64,000 bases of DNA from Octopus sinensis (Eukaryota). The position numbers were made by a program, and so were the translations under genes. A model generated the notes under the pieces. That model searched no databases and was not told where the DNA came from. It saw only the letters and a list, made by a program, of their open reading frames with translations. The DNA lies in contig NC_042999.1 of the NCBI RefSeq assembly GCF_006345805.1, positions 20,708,001 to 20,772,000 of the forward strand, given 5' to 3'. Below, piece by piece: positions 12,118 to 25,100 of this stretch (its first letter is position 1; each line of letters begins with the position of its first letter).

Positions 12118-12485
12118 CGGAGGCGCAATGGCCTAGTGGTTAGGGCAGCGGAATCGCGGTTTCGATTCCCAGACCGGGCGTTGTGAGTGTTTATTGAGCG
12201 AAAACACCTAAAGCTCCACGAGGCTCCGGCAGGGGATGGTGGTGATCCCTGCTGTACTCTTTCACCACAACTCTCTCTCACTCTTACTTCCTGTTTCTGT
12301 TGTACCTGTATTTCAAAGGGCCGGCCTTGTCACTCTCTGTGTCACGCTGAATATCCCCGAGAACTACGTTAAGGGTACACGTGTCTGTGGAGTGCTCAGC
12401 CACTTACACTTTAATTTCACGAGCAGGCTGTTCTGTTGATTCGGATCAACCGGAACCCCCGTCGTCGTAACCGACGGAGTGCTTC
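12118..12485 (+). mobile_element. SINE family A, near full length
   Basis: tRNA-like head (16-nt deletion), body and tail matching 2505-2820. Confidence 0.92.
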
Positions 12486-12626
12486 CATCCATCCAGCTGC
12501 TTTACACTTATAGTTTTATAGCAATTTTGAATATTTTGTTGCATTTATATGTAGTGTCTTTAGAGCAATGAATAGTTCTAAGTAGTTTTGGGAGCAGTTC
12601 TTTTCTAGAAACGAAATTCTTCAGTA

Positions 12627-13010
12627 TCTCTCTCTATATAAACGGCAGTTTGTCTGTGTGTGTGTCTGTGTGTCTGTCAGGTTGTACCCTCACCCTGACC
12701 ACGGCTTTCAACCGATTCTGATGAAACTTGACACACACATAGCCCAATGTTATAATTCAAAACTAATGCAGCGAAAATTTTGAAAAGTTCCCCCAGTTCT
12801 GAAAAAAATCGATAAATTCGACATGGGGTCGAGAATCAGAAACACAAACCACAGACTGTCTAGGGGACGCAACTCGACCTTTTTAACTCTCAAAAAAAAT
12901 TTACCATAATTTTTTTTCCATTTTTTTGCTATTTTTTGGCTATAACTCTCTAAAAATGCTTTATAGTTATTTCCCTTACAAACCCGAGCAACGCCGGGCG
13001 ATACTGCTAG
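12627..13010 (+). mobile_element. Non-autonomous Helitron
   Basis: A|TC 5' end, 3' GC hairpin cccgagcaacgccggg (12983-12998), terminal CTAG|T, no TSD. Confidence 0.85.
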
Positions 13011-13234
13011 TGTGATATAAAAAGATTGAATAACAACTTAGAAAATAAACAACTACAAGTAAAACACAACAAAACATGTGGACTAGTTGCCGTTGCCGTT
13101 ACTGTTGTTACTTCAGCCCTTTGTAAATATCTCTTATTACATTCAGAAATATCCGTCTAAAACCACTTTTCCAAATTTGTCCTTTCGTTTTGAAGACAAC
13201 TTAGAGATAACTTCGGTAACTCTAAGTTATCATT

Positions 13235-13945
13235 CGACCAAAGATTGGCCCAGGTCATGTCTAACTTGATAGCACCACCTGATAGGATGTGTTAATTCAT
13301 TTTAAAGTCAAGTTTTGTGGCATCATGGCCCATTGAAGTAGGGAGTTGCTTTGACAGAGATATTTCCAGGTATAGGTAGCTTATCTGATATCCCTTAAAG
13401 ACCTTTGTCCCGGTTTCATTTGAAGGTAATGAGATCTTTTTCTTTTTTGATTTGTTTTACGATAATGTTAAATAAAGCAGGGCCTGTAGAGGAAAAGAAA
13501 TAGTGTAGCAGTGATTTTATGTGTTGTGATACTGAAGTGTGTGTGCCCCAGCCTTGAATAAATTCTGAATCCACTGTTAAGATCGTGTGGACAATGCTGG
13601 TGGTATATTCTTTACATTAGGGCGGCAAGCTGGTAGAATCGTTAGGATGTCGGGCGAGATGCTTAGCGGTATTTCGTCTGTCTTTATGTTCTGAGTTCAA
13701 ATTCCGCCGAGGTCGACTTTGCCTTTCATAATTTCGGGGGTCGATTAAATAAGTACCAGTTACGCACAGGGGTCGATATAATCGACTTCATCCGATGTCT
13801 GTCTTTGTTTGTCCTCTCTGTGTTTAGCCCCTTGTGGGTAGTAAAGAAATAGGCATAATCTCTACATTGTGCAAAGGATGTAGTTCTCACGGCGGAACTG
13901 GGTAGAATACAGTTTCAATGTTTTAAGGCGGTACCTATAATGAAG
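13235..13945 (-). mobile_element. Degenerate CR1 3' fragment, interrupted by a SINE C
   Basis: ggcccaggtcatgtctaacttgatagcaccacctg matches the 3' UTR at 29970-30005; minus translation YHQHCPHD..RLG and LKTLKLYS..RRENYI matches the ORF2 end of the 30-kb element. Confidence 0.8.
13619..13851 (+). mobile_element. SINE family C (type-1 tail)
   Basis: Full head to tail gccccttgtgggtagtaaagaaata; diverged 17-bp TSD ggtatattctttacatt / ggcataatctctacatt. Confidence 0.92.
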
Positions 13946-14644
13946 ATCAGAGTGTAATGAGAGGCAGAATACAGCATGCTCTTACAAGCATGCCAAGCGA
14001 CCACGAACCGGCATCCCCGTTGGCTTGACAAAAATGTCATAAGACATTTACCTGAAAATAATAGCCTATTAATCAGATTATTAATCACACTAAATCTTAT
14101 ATATCACGACCACAAACATTTTCAGCAGAATTTCTTTCACAAATGCTATTCGCCAAAAGTTTTCCACAAATATTCGCAGATATCTTCTAAACGTCACACA
14201 CATTCACGTAATCTCTTATGAGATACGTCCTCTAAAACACTTTTTCTCATGTTAACACTTTAAAACTTTAGAGAAAACACGGTAAGCGCATCATACTACT
14301 TCAGCATCAGACATCTAGCATATCCAGTAACTCTTCTACGAAGACTATGTATAAGTATGTATGCGTGATTCATCATTGGATTGTGTAATTGTCTTTTTCT
14401 CCCAGCCTGTATTTAAACAACTGTGTACGTGCGCTAAATGTGTATTTATCAACATCACAAGTTGTTTCCACACTATTAAGTTTCACATCATATGTCCTTC
14501 AGTCAACACCACTTATCTGCGACAAACTTACATTCGATTGTGCTTTAACATTTGCAACTTGTGTGTAAACATATGTGTGTGTATGTGTGCATCTATATGT
14601 ATATATGAGTGTGTGTGTGTGCATGCATTTGCGGAGGCGCTAGA

Positions 14645-14669
14645 GTTTATATATATATATATATATATG

Positions 14670-14732
<63 letters not shown>

Positions 14733-15031
14733 ATATATTCATACAAATATATATATACATCTAAGTGTGTATATACATACATTGATATAGATATATGACG
14801 CTCAGTCTTTCTCTCTATCTATATACCTATTATATATATATACATATATACATACACACATATATATATATATGTATATATATGCATATATACATATATA
14901 TATATATATATAAGTATGTATATACATATATATATACATATATACATAAATATATATATATATGTATATACTTATATACATATATAGACACACGATCAGA
15001 CACATACATATATATATATATAAATACATAT

Positions 15032-15121
<90 letters not shown>

Positions 15122-15130
15122 GAATGTATG
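14645..15130. repeat. (TA)n/(CA)n compound microsatellite
   Basis: Direct reading. Confidence 0.95.
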
Positions 15131-15282
15131 TGTATGAGTGGGTTTGTAGGTTTGTGTATAGAGGAGCACAAGCGCGAATATTTGTGAGCATTTATCGGCT
15201 TCAGTCTCCATAATTATATTTTCTGGCTTCCCTATTTGTTTTATCTGTATAGTTGGCATTACAATCTGTTTGTCTTACTATC

Positions 15283-15309
15283 ATCACTGCAATCATCAAC
15301 AGTTCCACC

Positions 15310-15356
<47 letters not shown>

Positions 15357-15600
15357 TTTATTTGGTATCGTCCACATCGACAGCGTCCTCGTTATCATTA
15401 TTTTATGATTATGATTATGTTATTATTTTTTGTTGTTGTTATCTTCTGGTTATTAGTTGAATTAGTATTAGAAGTAGTAGTAGTACTAGTAGTAGTAACT
15501 GTTGCAATGGTTGTAGCATTAATAGCATCATCATCATCTATCATCATCATCAACACCATTATCATGGTCAACATCATCACCATCATTACCCATTATTATT
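15283..15600. repeat. (CAC)n(CAT)n/(TAG)n trinucleotide repeats
   Basis: Direct reading. Confidence 0.9.
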
Positions 15601-15644
15601 GTTCTTGTAATTAATAACATTTTATGATCTGTATGTGGTTATAT

Positions 15645-15811
15645 GCGAGTATATATATATATATATTATATATATATATATATGTATATATTATATATAT
15701 AATATATATATATATAATATATATACATATATATATATATATACTCGCATATAACCATTATATATATATATATATAATATACATATATATATATATATAC
15801 TCGCATATACC

Positions 15812-15865
<54 letters not shown>

Positions 15866-15985
15866 ACATACATACATATATATATATATGTATTTATGTA
15901 TATATGTATATGTATGTATAAATATATATATTAATATCTACATGTATGCATATATGTATATATATATATATATGTTCATATATGT
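15645..15985. repeat. (TA)n compound microsatellite
   Basis: Direct reading. Confidence 0.95.
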
Positions 15986-16914
15986 CTCGTGTTGTGACTG
16001 ATTTAGTGTAGGTGATGGCGGTGAAGATGCTAGCGCCGTTATTTGGGGTGTTATTTACAGTGATGTTGATGTTGAGATACTTCCAATAATAAATATTGTC
16101 TAGTGTTTTGAGAGACTTATCTCCAACCTCCGATCGATGTATTGATTTCTCACTCCAATCACTCACACCCACCACCACCACCACCAAGACCAACATTACC
16201 AATAAACTAACACTAACACTAACACCAACAACTTCCTTTTCTGATTATTCCCCACCGGTTCTTTTTATTTATTTTCATCTATGATATCCCTTTCTTTCTC
16301 ACCCTCCAATCCCCACCTTCGTCCTTTCTATATATCAATTCTCCACATCTTAATATCTACTTCATCTCTCCATCATTTCTCCCTCTTTAACCATGCTCCA
16401 TCTCACATCTCAGTCTCTAGTACTTTCCTCTCTCTCTATCCCTCTCTCCCTCTCTTACTCTTTCTATCACCCTCTCTATTGTTCTCTTTCGCGCATGATT
16501 GCATAATGCCAATAAAAAGTAACTGTGTGTTAATTTACCGCTTCATTTAGTAACACAGCCCTCGTATCATCTCCTTTTAATGAATTGGTCTTGCCTGCTC
16601 ATTTCCTTGTTTTCAGTACTCATACTTTGACGTATATTCTTGCAGCCCTCTTCCCTTTCTCTTCCTCTGCATCTAATTCTCCATCTTTCATTCCGTCTGT
16701 CTCTCTTTCTATCTATATTATCTCCTGCTCTCTCTCTATTCTATTCTATTTTGGAACTTCTTCACTTAAACATCTATAAACTACTTACAACTTTAAGAGT
16801 AGGTTTCTTTGTTGGACAGCGTCTTCATATCATTCTTCGTTTCCCATTTCAGCTTTTCTGCAACTTCATCTTTATTTATTGTGGTTGTAGATGTTGTCAT
16901 TGTCGTCATTGCAG

Positions 16915-17290
16915 ATATTCTTCTTCTTCTTCTCCTTCTTCTTCTTCTTCTTCTTCCTCTCCTTCCTCTTCTCCTTCTTCTTCTCCTTCTTCTTTTTCTT
17001 CTTCTTCTTCTTCTTCTTCTCTTTCTTCTTCTCCTTCTTTTTCTTTTTCTTTTTCTTCTTCTTCTTCTTCTTCTCCTTCTTCTTCTTCTTTTACTACTTC
17101 TTTTTCTTCCTTTTTTCGTCTTCTTCTTTTCTCCTCCTCCTCCCCCTCCTCCTTCTTTTTCTTATCCATTTTCGTTTTCCCTTTTTCTTCTTCTTCTTCT
17201 TCTCCTCCTCCCCATCCGTATTCTTCTTCTCCTCCTCCTCTTCCCCCTCCTCCTTCTTCTTCTTCTTCTTCCTTCAGTTCCTCTTCACAA
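16915..17290. repeat. (TTC)n/(CCT)n pyrimidine tract
   Basis: Direct reading. Confidence 0.95.
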
Positions 17291-17419
17291 TCTCTTCCCT
17301 CGTTCCTACTCCTTTTCGTTTTCCTTTCTTTACTGTTCCCAACGCACCAATTATTAATTATAGACGCGACCTTTACAGTTTTCACTCTCCAAATTACTCC
17401 TATTTCAAAATTTTAAGGT

Positions 17420-17795
17420 ATTGTATTTTGGGGTACCTTTGGTGTTTCGGCTACTTTCTTTTCGATCCTGGAATCAAAACGGACAGGATGGGCCTATTAA
17501 CAAGCAACTCCGCTTTCATTTATCTATAATTGTTATGTCCGGTCTATTATATTTGAATTTCTGGTGCGAATGGCAAAGTTCCACAAAATCTTACATTTCT
17601 CCGACTCTAGTACACTTTCGTTTCGCCGATTGTACCACGTTTCCAGCTCCAAGTTTCCAGTGTAAAACTTTTACGACCTGGTCGTGCTCCCATTTCTTAT
17701 ATTCTTCCAGTACCAACTTGGGGGCATTCTGCCACAATGTGTGCCACTGTCTGAATCTAAGTTTCACAGTCTCTACATCTTTCTGACACATTTTC
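17420..17795 (-). mobile_element. RLE-type LINE fragment (R4/Dong-like)
   Basis: Minus translation EYKKWEHDQVVKVLHWKL and LESEKCKILWNF, typical of the region after the CCHC finger. Confidence 0.75.
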
Positions 17796-17801
17796 TCTAT
17801 A

Positions 17802-18206
17802 TTACTCTTTACTTGTTTCAGTCATTTGACTGCGGCCATGCTGGAGCACCGCCTTTAGTCGAGCAACTCGACCCCGGGACTTATTCTTTGTAAGCCCAGT
17901 ACTTATTCTATCGGTCTCTTTTGCCGAACCGCTAAGTGACGGGGATGTAAACACACCAGCATCGGTTGTCAAGCAATGCTAGGGGGACAAACACAGACAC
18001 ACAAACACATACACACACACATATATATATATACATATATACGACAGGCTTCTTTCAGTTTTCCGTCTACCAAATCCACTCACAAGGCATTGGTCGGCCC
18101 GGGGCTATAGAAGAAGACACTTGCCCAAGATTCCACGCAGTGGGACTGAACCCGGAACCATGTGGTTGGTTAGCAAGCTACTTACCACACAGCCACTCCT
18201 GCGCCT
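17802..18206 (-). mobile_element. SINE family B
   Basis: Near-identical to 48102-48507 and 49990-50403. Confidence 0.95.
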
Positions 18207-18207
18207 A

Positions 18208-18262
<55 letters not shown>

Positions 18263-18263
<1 letters not shown>

Positions 18264-18478
18264 GGCAGCGAGCTGGCAGAAACGTTAGCACGCCAGGCGA
18301 AATGCTTAGCAGTATTTCGTCTGTCGCTACGTTCGGAGTTCAAATTCCGCCGAGGTCGACTTTGCCTTTCATCCTTTCGAGGTCGATAAATTAAGTACCA
18401 ATTGCGTACTGAGGTCGATCTAATCGACTGGCCCTCGCCCCCAAATGTTCGGGCCTTGTGCCTAGATTAGAAAAAAAA
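18263..18478 (+). mobile_element. SINE family C (type-2 tail)
   Basis: aggcagcgagctggcagaaacgttagc head; follows (TTA)n. Confidence 0.92.
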
Positions 18479-18479
18479 T

Positions 18480-18900
18480 TATTATTAATATTATTATTGA
18501 GTGAGAGAGCAGTGCATGCCATCAAACTGACACTGGGGTAAAATATACGAAACCCAGTATAAACATCATGGCTACCTGTCTGATAAGGGTACACCAGGCA
18601 CATGCATCACAACCATATCTGTGCGACATGGTGATCTCATATCAAGATAAGCAGCACATGACCTTGCAGGTGGGGCCCAGTTAGAATGTTCTTCTGGTCG
18701 AGTAGCCCATCCTGCTCAAAAGGTCCCTGAATAAGGGTTGTTTAAGGATGTTGGGCAAAACACCTCTGTTTCCAAATGTGAATTATTCAAACCCCAAAGA
18801 ATTCCTCTCAACACATGGCTATGACGCTCCCCACTACTTCTGCTCGTGATCAGAGATGCACATATCGTCAGCCACTAAGGGATATGCCCAACAGGTTAAG
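18480..18900 (-). mobile_element. Non-LTR-derived repeat with (TAA)n tail
   Basis: Second copy at 42165-42820. Confidence 0.8.
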
Positions 18901-20690
18901 ATGCCACATCTTTTGTATTTCAATTACCAGGTCTTTATGTTTACTTAATTTCTCAAATTTCTTTACAGATATATTTTCATCAGTAGGAACACTTGCATCT
19001 ATTAAACTATAAGTATCTTCCCTGCCTTTAATCACTCTCCCCGGTCGATTAGCCCGGATCGTTCTGGATCGGTTATTATTATCATTATTATTAATGTTGT
19101 TGTTGTTGTTATTTATCATTTCATTAATATATGTAAGCCCCCACACTTTATGTCTGTCTCCGTATTGTCCCACTCATTCGTCGCCGATGTACCAAATAAA
19201 AGGTATCATTATTTTTAGTATTATAATTTATTGCCTTTGCACAGCTTCTAACGCCGGAGATGTGCTACAGTGTCAGCTGGTCACTACTAGTGGACTTCGA
19301 GCACCATCCCGAGTATTCGAGCGGTTCCAATCAGTGCTGTTTTCTGCAAGTTTTCCGCCCCTATTTCACCTCATATTTGTTCCATGTACTTCTCGAGATT
19401 TTTACTTACTGTACCAAGGGCTCCGATAGTTATTGGTATTACTTCCACATTTTTCATCGACCACAACTGCTTAACCTCCCAAGCTAACCTGTCAAATCTA
19501 TCCACTTTCCTTTCTTCCTCATCGCATACCTTGTTGTCAGTTGGGCATGCTATATCTCTGATCCAGCATCAATTGCTTTCTTTCTAAATTAACACTATGT
19601 GTGGTTTCTGGTTTCCTATTCTCTATCTCATGGTCGCACTGAATCATAGAATCCCATAGGATCTTTGCATTATCATTTTCGATGATGCCTTCTGCTTTAT
19701 GTTCGTACAAATTTTTGGCTCTGTCAAGTCCATACTGGCTGCAAATGTCCAGTGGACAATCCTTACTATATCGTACTATATTGTCATGACGTCTCATATT
19801 CTTTCTGGGTTAGTGGCGTATATTGAGCATCATGCTCAATGCTCCACATATTATTGGTATTGTTTTACCTGCATGCTCCACATTGTGAATACTTCAATTT
19901 TGAGGTCTTTTTACTCAGACAATTTCTCCAATTCTTTTTGAAGATATTTTCATCAGAAGGGACTACATAATTCCTCACCCCCATCTTTGACTATTATTTC
20001 TGAACGATTAGCCTTTATTTCTTTGTTGGTTTGAACCGGCATATCCCAGATGGTTGCCTGATCGATATCTTGTACCTTGCTTGGTACATGCTTATACCAC
20101 CTGCTGTCAGTTTTGATGTTGTAACTTTGGTATATTGTCCAGTAGATATAAGTGCTTACCTTGTAGTGCCAATATATTCAGACTTGGCAAGGACTGGCAA
20201 CCCGAGATGATGTCGTCAACTGTCTCATTGTGCCAGTTGGACATCCTGCATTTGGTGTTAAGACTTGTTTTCATTATTTCGTTTTTACAATTGTTAGTCG
20301 TCAGACATTGGTCTTGGGAATCAGTCCCTCCGGTTCAGTAAGAAACAGTCCTTCCGTTTCGGCTTTTAGTCCAGAGCTTTTGAGCCATTGCTGGGTTTCA
20401 CTTAAGTGCACTTTCTCTCTGACGTGCATTGCAGGATATTGGCCATGGAATGATTTTTCACTCCATTTCTTCTTATGCATGTTTTGTAATTCAGTTTTCA
20501 TGTTATCGTTATTATTTTATGTTTGACGTTTGCTTTGCATTTGTAGAAATTTGCTCCAAGTCTCATTCAGAGAACTTAAGAGACAAGTTCGAAGTTCATA
20601 TTGGTGTTATGCCTAGGGTGCCATATATTTGCTTTTGGACATAGTGTTGTTCTAGAGAATGTTTAAGTAAGCATAAGAAAATTCTGTGAT
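18895..20690 (-). mobile_element. Cluster of degenerate RLE-LINE (R4/Dong-like) fragments
   Basis: Minus translations WSEKSFHGQY, WLKSSGLKAETEG, ETVDDIISGC, ENDNAKILWD..CDHEIENRKP, LQKTALIGTARIL, DASVPTDENISVKKFEKLSK. Confidence 0.8.
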
Positions 20691-20718
20691 TGTATTATCA
20701 TCATCATCATCATCATCA

Positions 20719-20749
<31 letters not shown>

Positions 20750-20904
20750 CTTTTTTTTCTTCTTTCAAATTTACTTCCATTTCTTGCCGAGTGTCTTCCC
20801 GACTCCTAGGGCAAAGAAACTCATAGTATACATTGGTAGGCCATTAAGCTAAACTCAATAGTTCGTTCATTTTTTTAAAGTTAAATTAAAATACATGGGT
20901 AGTA

Positions 20905-20999
<95 letters not shown>

Positions 21000-21000
21000 G
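20905..21000. repeat. (AAT)n(ATT)n inverted microsatellite
   Basis: Direct reading; self-complementary arrangement. Confidence 0.9.
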
Positions 21001-21004
21001 ATTG

Positions 21005-21330
21005 TTGTTGCTATTCTGAAAGACTGTCGGATAATTTTTGATAACTGTTTATTGTTTACTTGAAAGCAGGCAATAAGAAATCACCAAAGGTTTCAAGTAG
21101 TGCCTTCTCCTGTGACTCAAAGGGAAAATACTCTCCTTAGAATGCGAGCTGTACCCAACGGTGCTGTCTTCTGGATCACTTCGAGCCTGACAGCAGCTCC
21201 AATATTTTTAATACGTGTTTCCAAAGCCCTTGGAAACTGCACCTAATGCACCATTTTCCACCGGTATTACCATTAGTTTCATGATACTCCATAACGTTCC
21301 TATTTCGTCATCTCGCAGTGACTGTCATTT
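21005..21330 (-). mobile_element. RLE-LINE 3' end
   Basis: Minus translation VIPVENGALGAVSKGF followed by QKTALLGTARIL-like codons. Confidence 0.65.
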
Positions 21331-21365
21331 CTCAATATTTTCTGTTTCCTTACATTAAACACTGG

Positions 21366-21695
21366 AATCGTCGTCGTCGTCATCCTCATCATCACCATCA
21401 TCAACATTGTCATCGTCGTCGTAATCGTCATCATCATCCTCATCTTCCTCAACATCACCATCATCATTTCATCATCGTCATCGTCATCATCATCATCATC
21501 AACATTATCACCGTCGTCGTCGTATTCCTCATCATCATCATCATCACCGTCGTTGTAATCGTCATCATCATCCTCATCTTCCTCAACATCACCATCATCA
21601 TTTCATCATCGTCATCGTCATCATCATCATCATCAACATTATCACCGTCGTCGTCGTATTCCTCCTCATCATCATCCTCACCGTCGTTGTAATCG

Positions 21696-21733
<38 letters not shown>

Positions 21734-21885
21734 TTCACCACCAATAACGTCGACGTCTTTGTCGTCGCGATGATCACCTTCGTAGCCGCTGTCATCATTG
21801 CTGTCGCCGTCGTTGTTATCCTTATTGAACCCATCATCTTCGTGGTTGTCGCCGCCATTGCTATCATCGTCTTTCATCATTATCG
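21366..21885. repeat. (CAT)/(CGT) low-complexity tract with 134-bp tandem duplication
   Basis: gtaatcgtcatc recurs at 21421, 21555, 21689. Confidence 0.9.
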
Positions 21886-22082
21886 TTACGCATTTTCCTT
21901 TCCTTTCCGTACTAGATCTAATTCATCTACAGCTTTTAATCCTAATCTAACACCGTAACACACTTTTGTAATATTTCTCTCTCATCGCAAACAAGTGTTC
22001 ATCCAACTCATGTCCATATTTCTATAACATTTTTACTGCGAACGTCTTCTATAGTAAGTAATCATCCATGTCTTCTTTTACA

Positions 22083-22258
22083 GGGCGCAGGAGTGACCGT
22101 GTGGTAAGTAGCTTGCTTACCAACCGCATGGTCCCGAGTTCAGTCCCACTGCATGGCACCTTGGGCAAGTGTCTTCTACTATATCATCGGGCAGACCAAA
22201 GCCTTGTGAGTGGATTTAGTAGACGAAAACTGGAAGAATCTCATTGTATATATGTATG

Positions 22259-22311
<53 letters not shown>

Positions 22312-22540
22312 ATATGTGTGTGTGTATGTTTGTGTGTCTGTTTGCCCCCTAGCATCGCTTGACAACCGATGCTGGTGTGTTTAGGTCCCCGTAACTTAGC
22401 GGTTCGGCGAAAGAGACCAATAGAATAAGTGCTAGGCTTACAAAGAATAAGCTCTAGGGTCAATTTGCTCGACTTTTAAGGGCGGTGTTCCAGCATGACC
22501 GCAGTCAAATGACTGAAACAAGTAATAAAGTCATAGAGTA
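22083..22540 (+). mobile_element. SINE family B
   Basis: Family match. Confidence 0.93.
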
Positions 22541-23014
22541 TATAGTAATATTTTCCCTTTAAAACGGGTGGATGTAATTGAAAGACATTTGGGTGCTATA
22601 ACTAATAACACCTATACCTGTCTACTCGAATGGACTTCCCACGTTGTCTCAAGATATTCATGCAAAAAACCTGGTTAGGGGAATTCTTTCATTACTATCA
22701 CTTGTTGATGAAGTAAACAACATTTGTATGCTCCGGGCCACTTTAATCAATTATCCTTTCTTCTTTTCCATTTCTGGAGCCTGTTGCCAAAGCAAGAAAT
22801 CATTATTAGATTTTTACCATATTTTTATACAATAATTTATTGGTCCCTCGTGCCAATTAATAGTTTTCTTGGTTCGATATTTCTATCAATTGTTGTTGCT
22901 CTATGTGGAATTATTGTCTTGATAATCTATACAACGCAGGCCGGCTAAAATAGCTACTCTTGCAATCAAATTGTTGTTTGAGACGGGATGTACACATAGC
23001 ACGCCATTTCAATA

Positions 23015-23019
23015 GCGTA

Positions 23020-23051
<32 letters not shown>

Positions 23052-23353
23052 CATATATATACATATATATATACATATATATATATATAAATATATATAC
23101 ATGTATATATATATATACATATATATACATATATATATACATATATATATACATATATATACATACATACATATATATATATGGATATATATATATATAT
23201 ATATATATATCCATATACATATATATATGTGTATGTATATTTGTATATATGTGTGTATGTACATATATATATATATATATATGTATGTATTTATGTGGGT
23301 ACGTCGAGTTGTATATGTATGCATGTATATATATATTATGAACATATATATGC

Positions 23354-23389
<36 letters not shown>

Positions 23390-23430
23390 ACATACATACA
23401 TATATATGTGTGTATGTAATTATGTATGAC
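23015..23430. repeat. (TA)n compound microsatellite
   Basis: Direct reading. Confidence 0.95.
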
Positions 23431-23545
23431 TGTATGTACCAGCCAGAGTGATCAATTGCACTAGTTTCCTACCATCAATAAAACACCTAAGAAATAAAGC
23501 ATCTATTCCCACCACAACGTCTTGCATCTGTTTTCTCGTGCATAG

Positions 23546-23613
23546 GAAGATAAAATATCTCGTTTTGGAGCCATATTTATTGCACTTCCTAATACGAACT
23601 TCTCAGTAGCGAA
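23546..23613 (+). CDS. Candidate exon (EDKISRFGAIFIALPNTNFSVA)
   Basis: ttttctcgtgcatag acceptor, gtaaga donor, only one open frame. Confidence 0.3.
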
Positions 23614-24185
23614 GTAAGATTGTATCCTACTTTTGATCTGCTTAACCAACTGAAGTATCAGAAGGCTATGTAATAATACCCTTAGGGGTACAGCGATGTA
23701 GTAGGAGTAAGACTTATGACCTTGTATATAATTGTTCAGCTCATTAACTTAACATCAATTGCGCTCATTATGATTACCTCACATTGCGATACAGATTTAA
23801 CGGGGAATAATATTGGTAAATGAACAATTCTCTGTAGAATATTCTTCATCCTTAAATGATTTAGAAGATCATTAGTATACGAAGAGAGAGAAGAACAGTG
23901 ATGTTCTTTATTGGTAACAAGAAATAAAATAAGACAAATGAAATGAATAAATATTGGGCCGCAAGGAATAAGAACTGTCTAAAGCATCAGACACATCCGT
24001 TCTCTTTGGAGAACACAAGTATCAACTGGCGATGAAGTATAAATATATAAAGACGGGGATGAAATAATAAATGAAGAGATAACGAGTAGAAGGGGAAGAT
24101 GGCCAAGGAGATGACCACGGGGAAACGCTAGGCAGACATATGCAACAAACGCATACAAACACACCTGCTTATCAATATATGAATA

Positions 24186-24870
24186 TATGTGGTCTGATCA
24201 ATAAGCATCCAAACTGCTGCCATAGTAACAAAACTAAAGCACACAGAGTAACGTTGCTTGGCACAGATTGAGCTTGGACTCTGCTGTGCATGCACACTAG
24301 GTTTTAACGTTCTAGCTCATTTCCATTGTTTACAGCAGTGCTTGGAAGGAAGGTGTGTAGCGTGTGATCGTAACATTGACCATGACAGAGAAAGTTGAAG
24401 AGAGAATCTGCATCAAATTTTGCCAAAAGCTTGGTGATACCTGCTCAAAGGCCTTACACAATGTTTTCATAAAGTTTTCATTGTTCTCGTCACAATCAAA
24501 GAGATCTTGGGCAACTGGGAGCAATTTTTGCACAAACTTGGCAGACAAGCGTCTTATACCCAAATCTCAATTGATAATGGAGTGAACTGAACTGTAACTA
24601 ATCTGCATATCCTCTGATAATTCACGGATGGAGATTCGACGATTTCCCATCACAGCAGCACGCATATCTACGATAATTTTCTCAGTTCTGCTAGTTGCGG
24701 GTCTCCTAAAACTTTTGTCAATATCGACATTTTTTCGTCCATCTTGGAAATGTCTGAAACATTCGTACACTTGTGGGTGACTCATACACTCCTCTCCATA
24801 AACTTTGTAACTTTGCGCAACATTGCGTAGGCTTCTGAGCAGGTATCGCCATGACAACTTTGTCTATCGT
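24186..24870. mobile_element. Mariner relic with internal inversion
   Basis: TIR-like ggtctgatcaataagcatcc; plus MTEKVEERICIKFCQKLGDTC; minus VYGEECMS..F.DGR..RRP.TS..RRISIREL..LGIRRLSAKFVQKLL. Confidence 0.85.
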
Positions 24871-24944
24871 TGTCAATGCGACGATCACACACTACACACC
24901 TTCCTACCAAGCAAACACACATATTCCTGCATGTTTCAGAATAC

Positions 24945-24957
24945 ACACACACACGCG

Positions 24958-24989
<32 letters not shown>

Positions 24990-25038
24990 CATATATACAT
25001 ACACATATATACATATACATTTATATATATATATATAA

Positions 25039-25096
<58 letters not shown>

Positions 25097-25100
25097 ATAA
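24945..25100. repeat. (CA)n(TA)n microsatellite
   Basis: Direct reading. Confidence 0.95.

Noticed and set aside
16640-17529. Long S/F/L/E-rich ORFs (up to 258 aa)
   Set aside because: (TTC)n low-complexity tract
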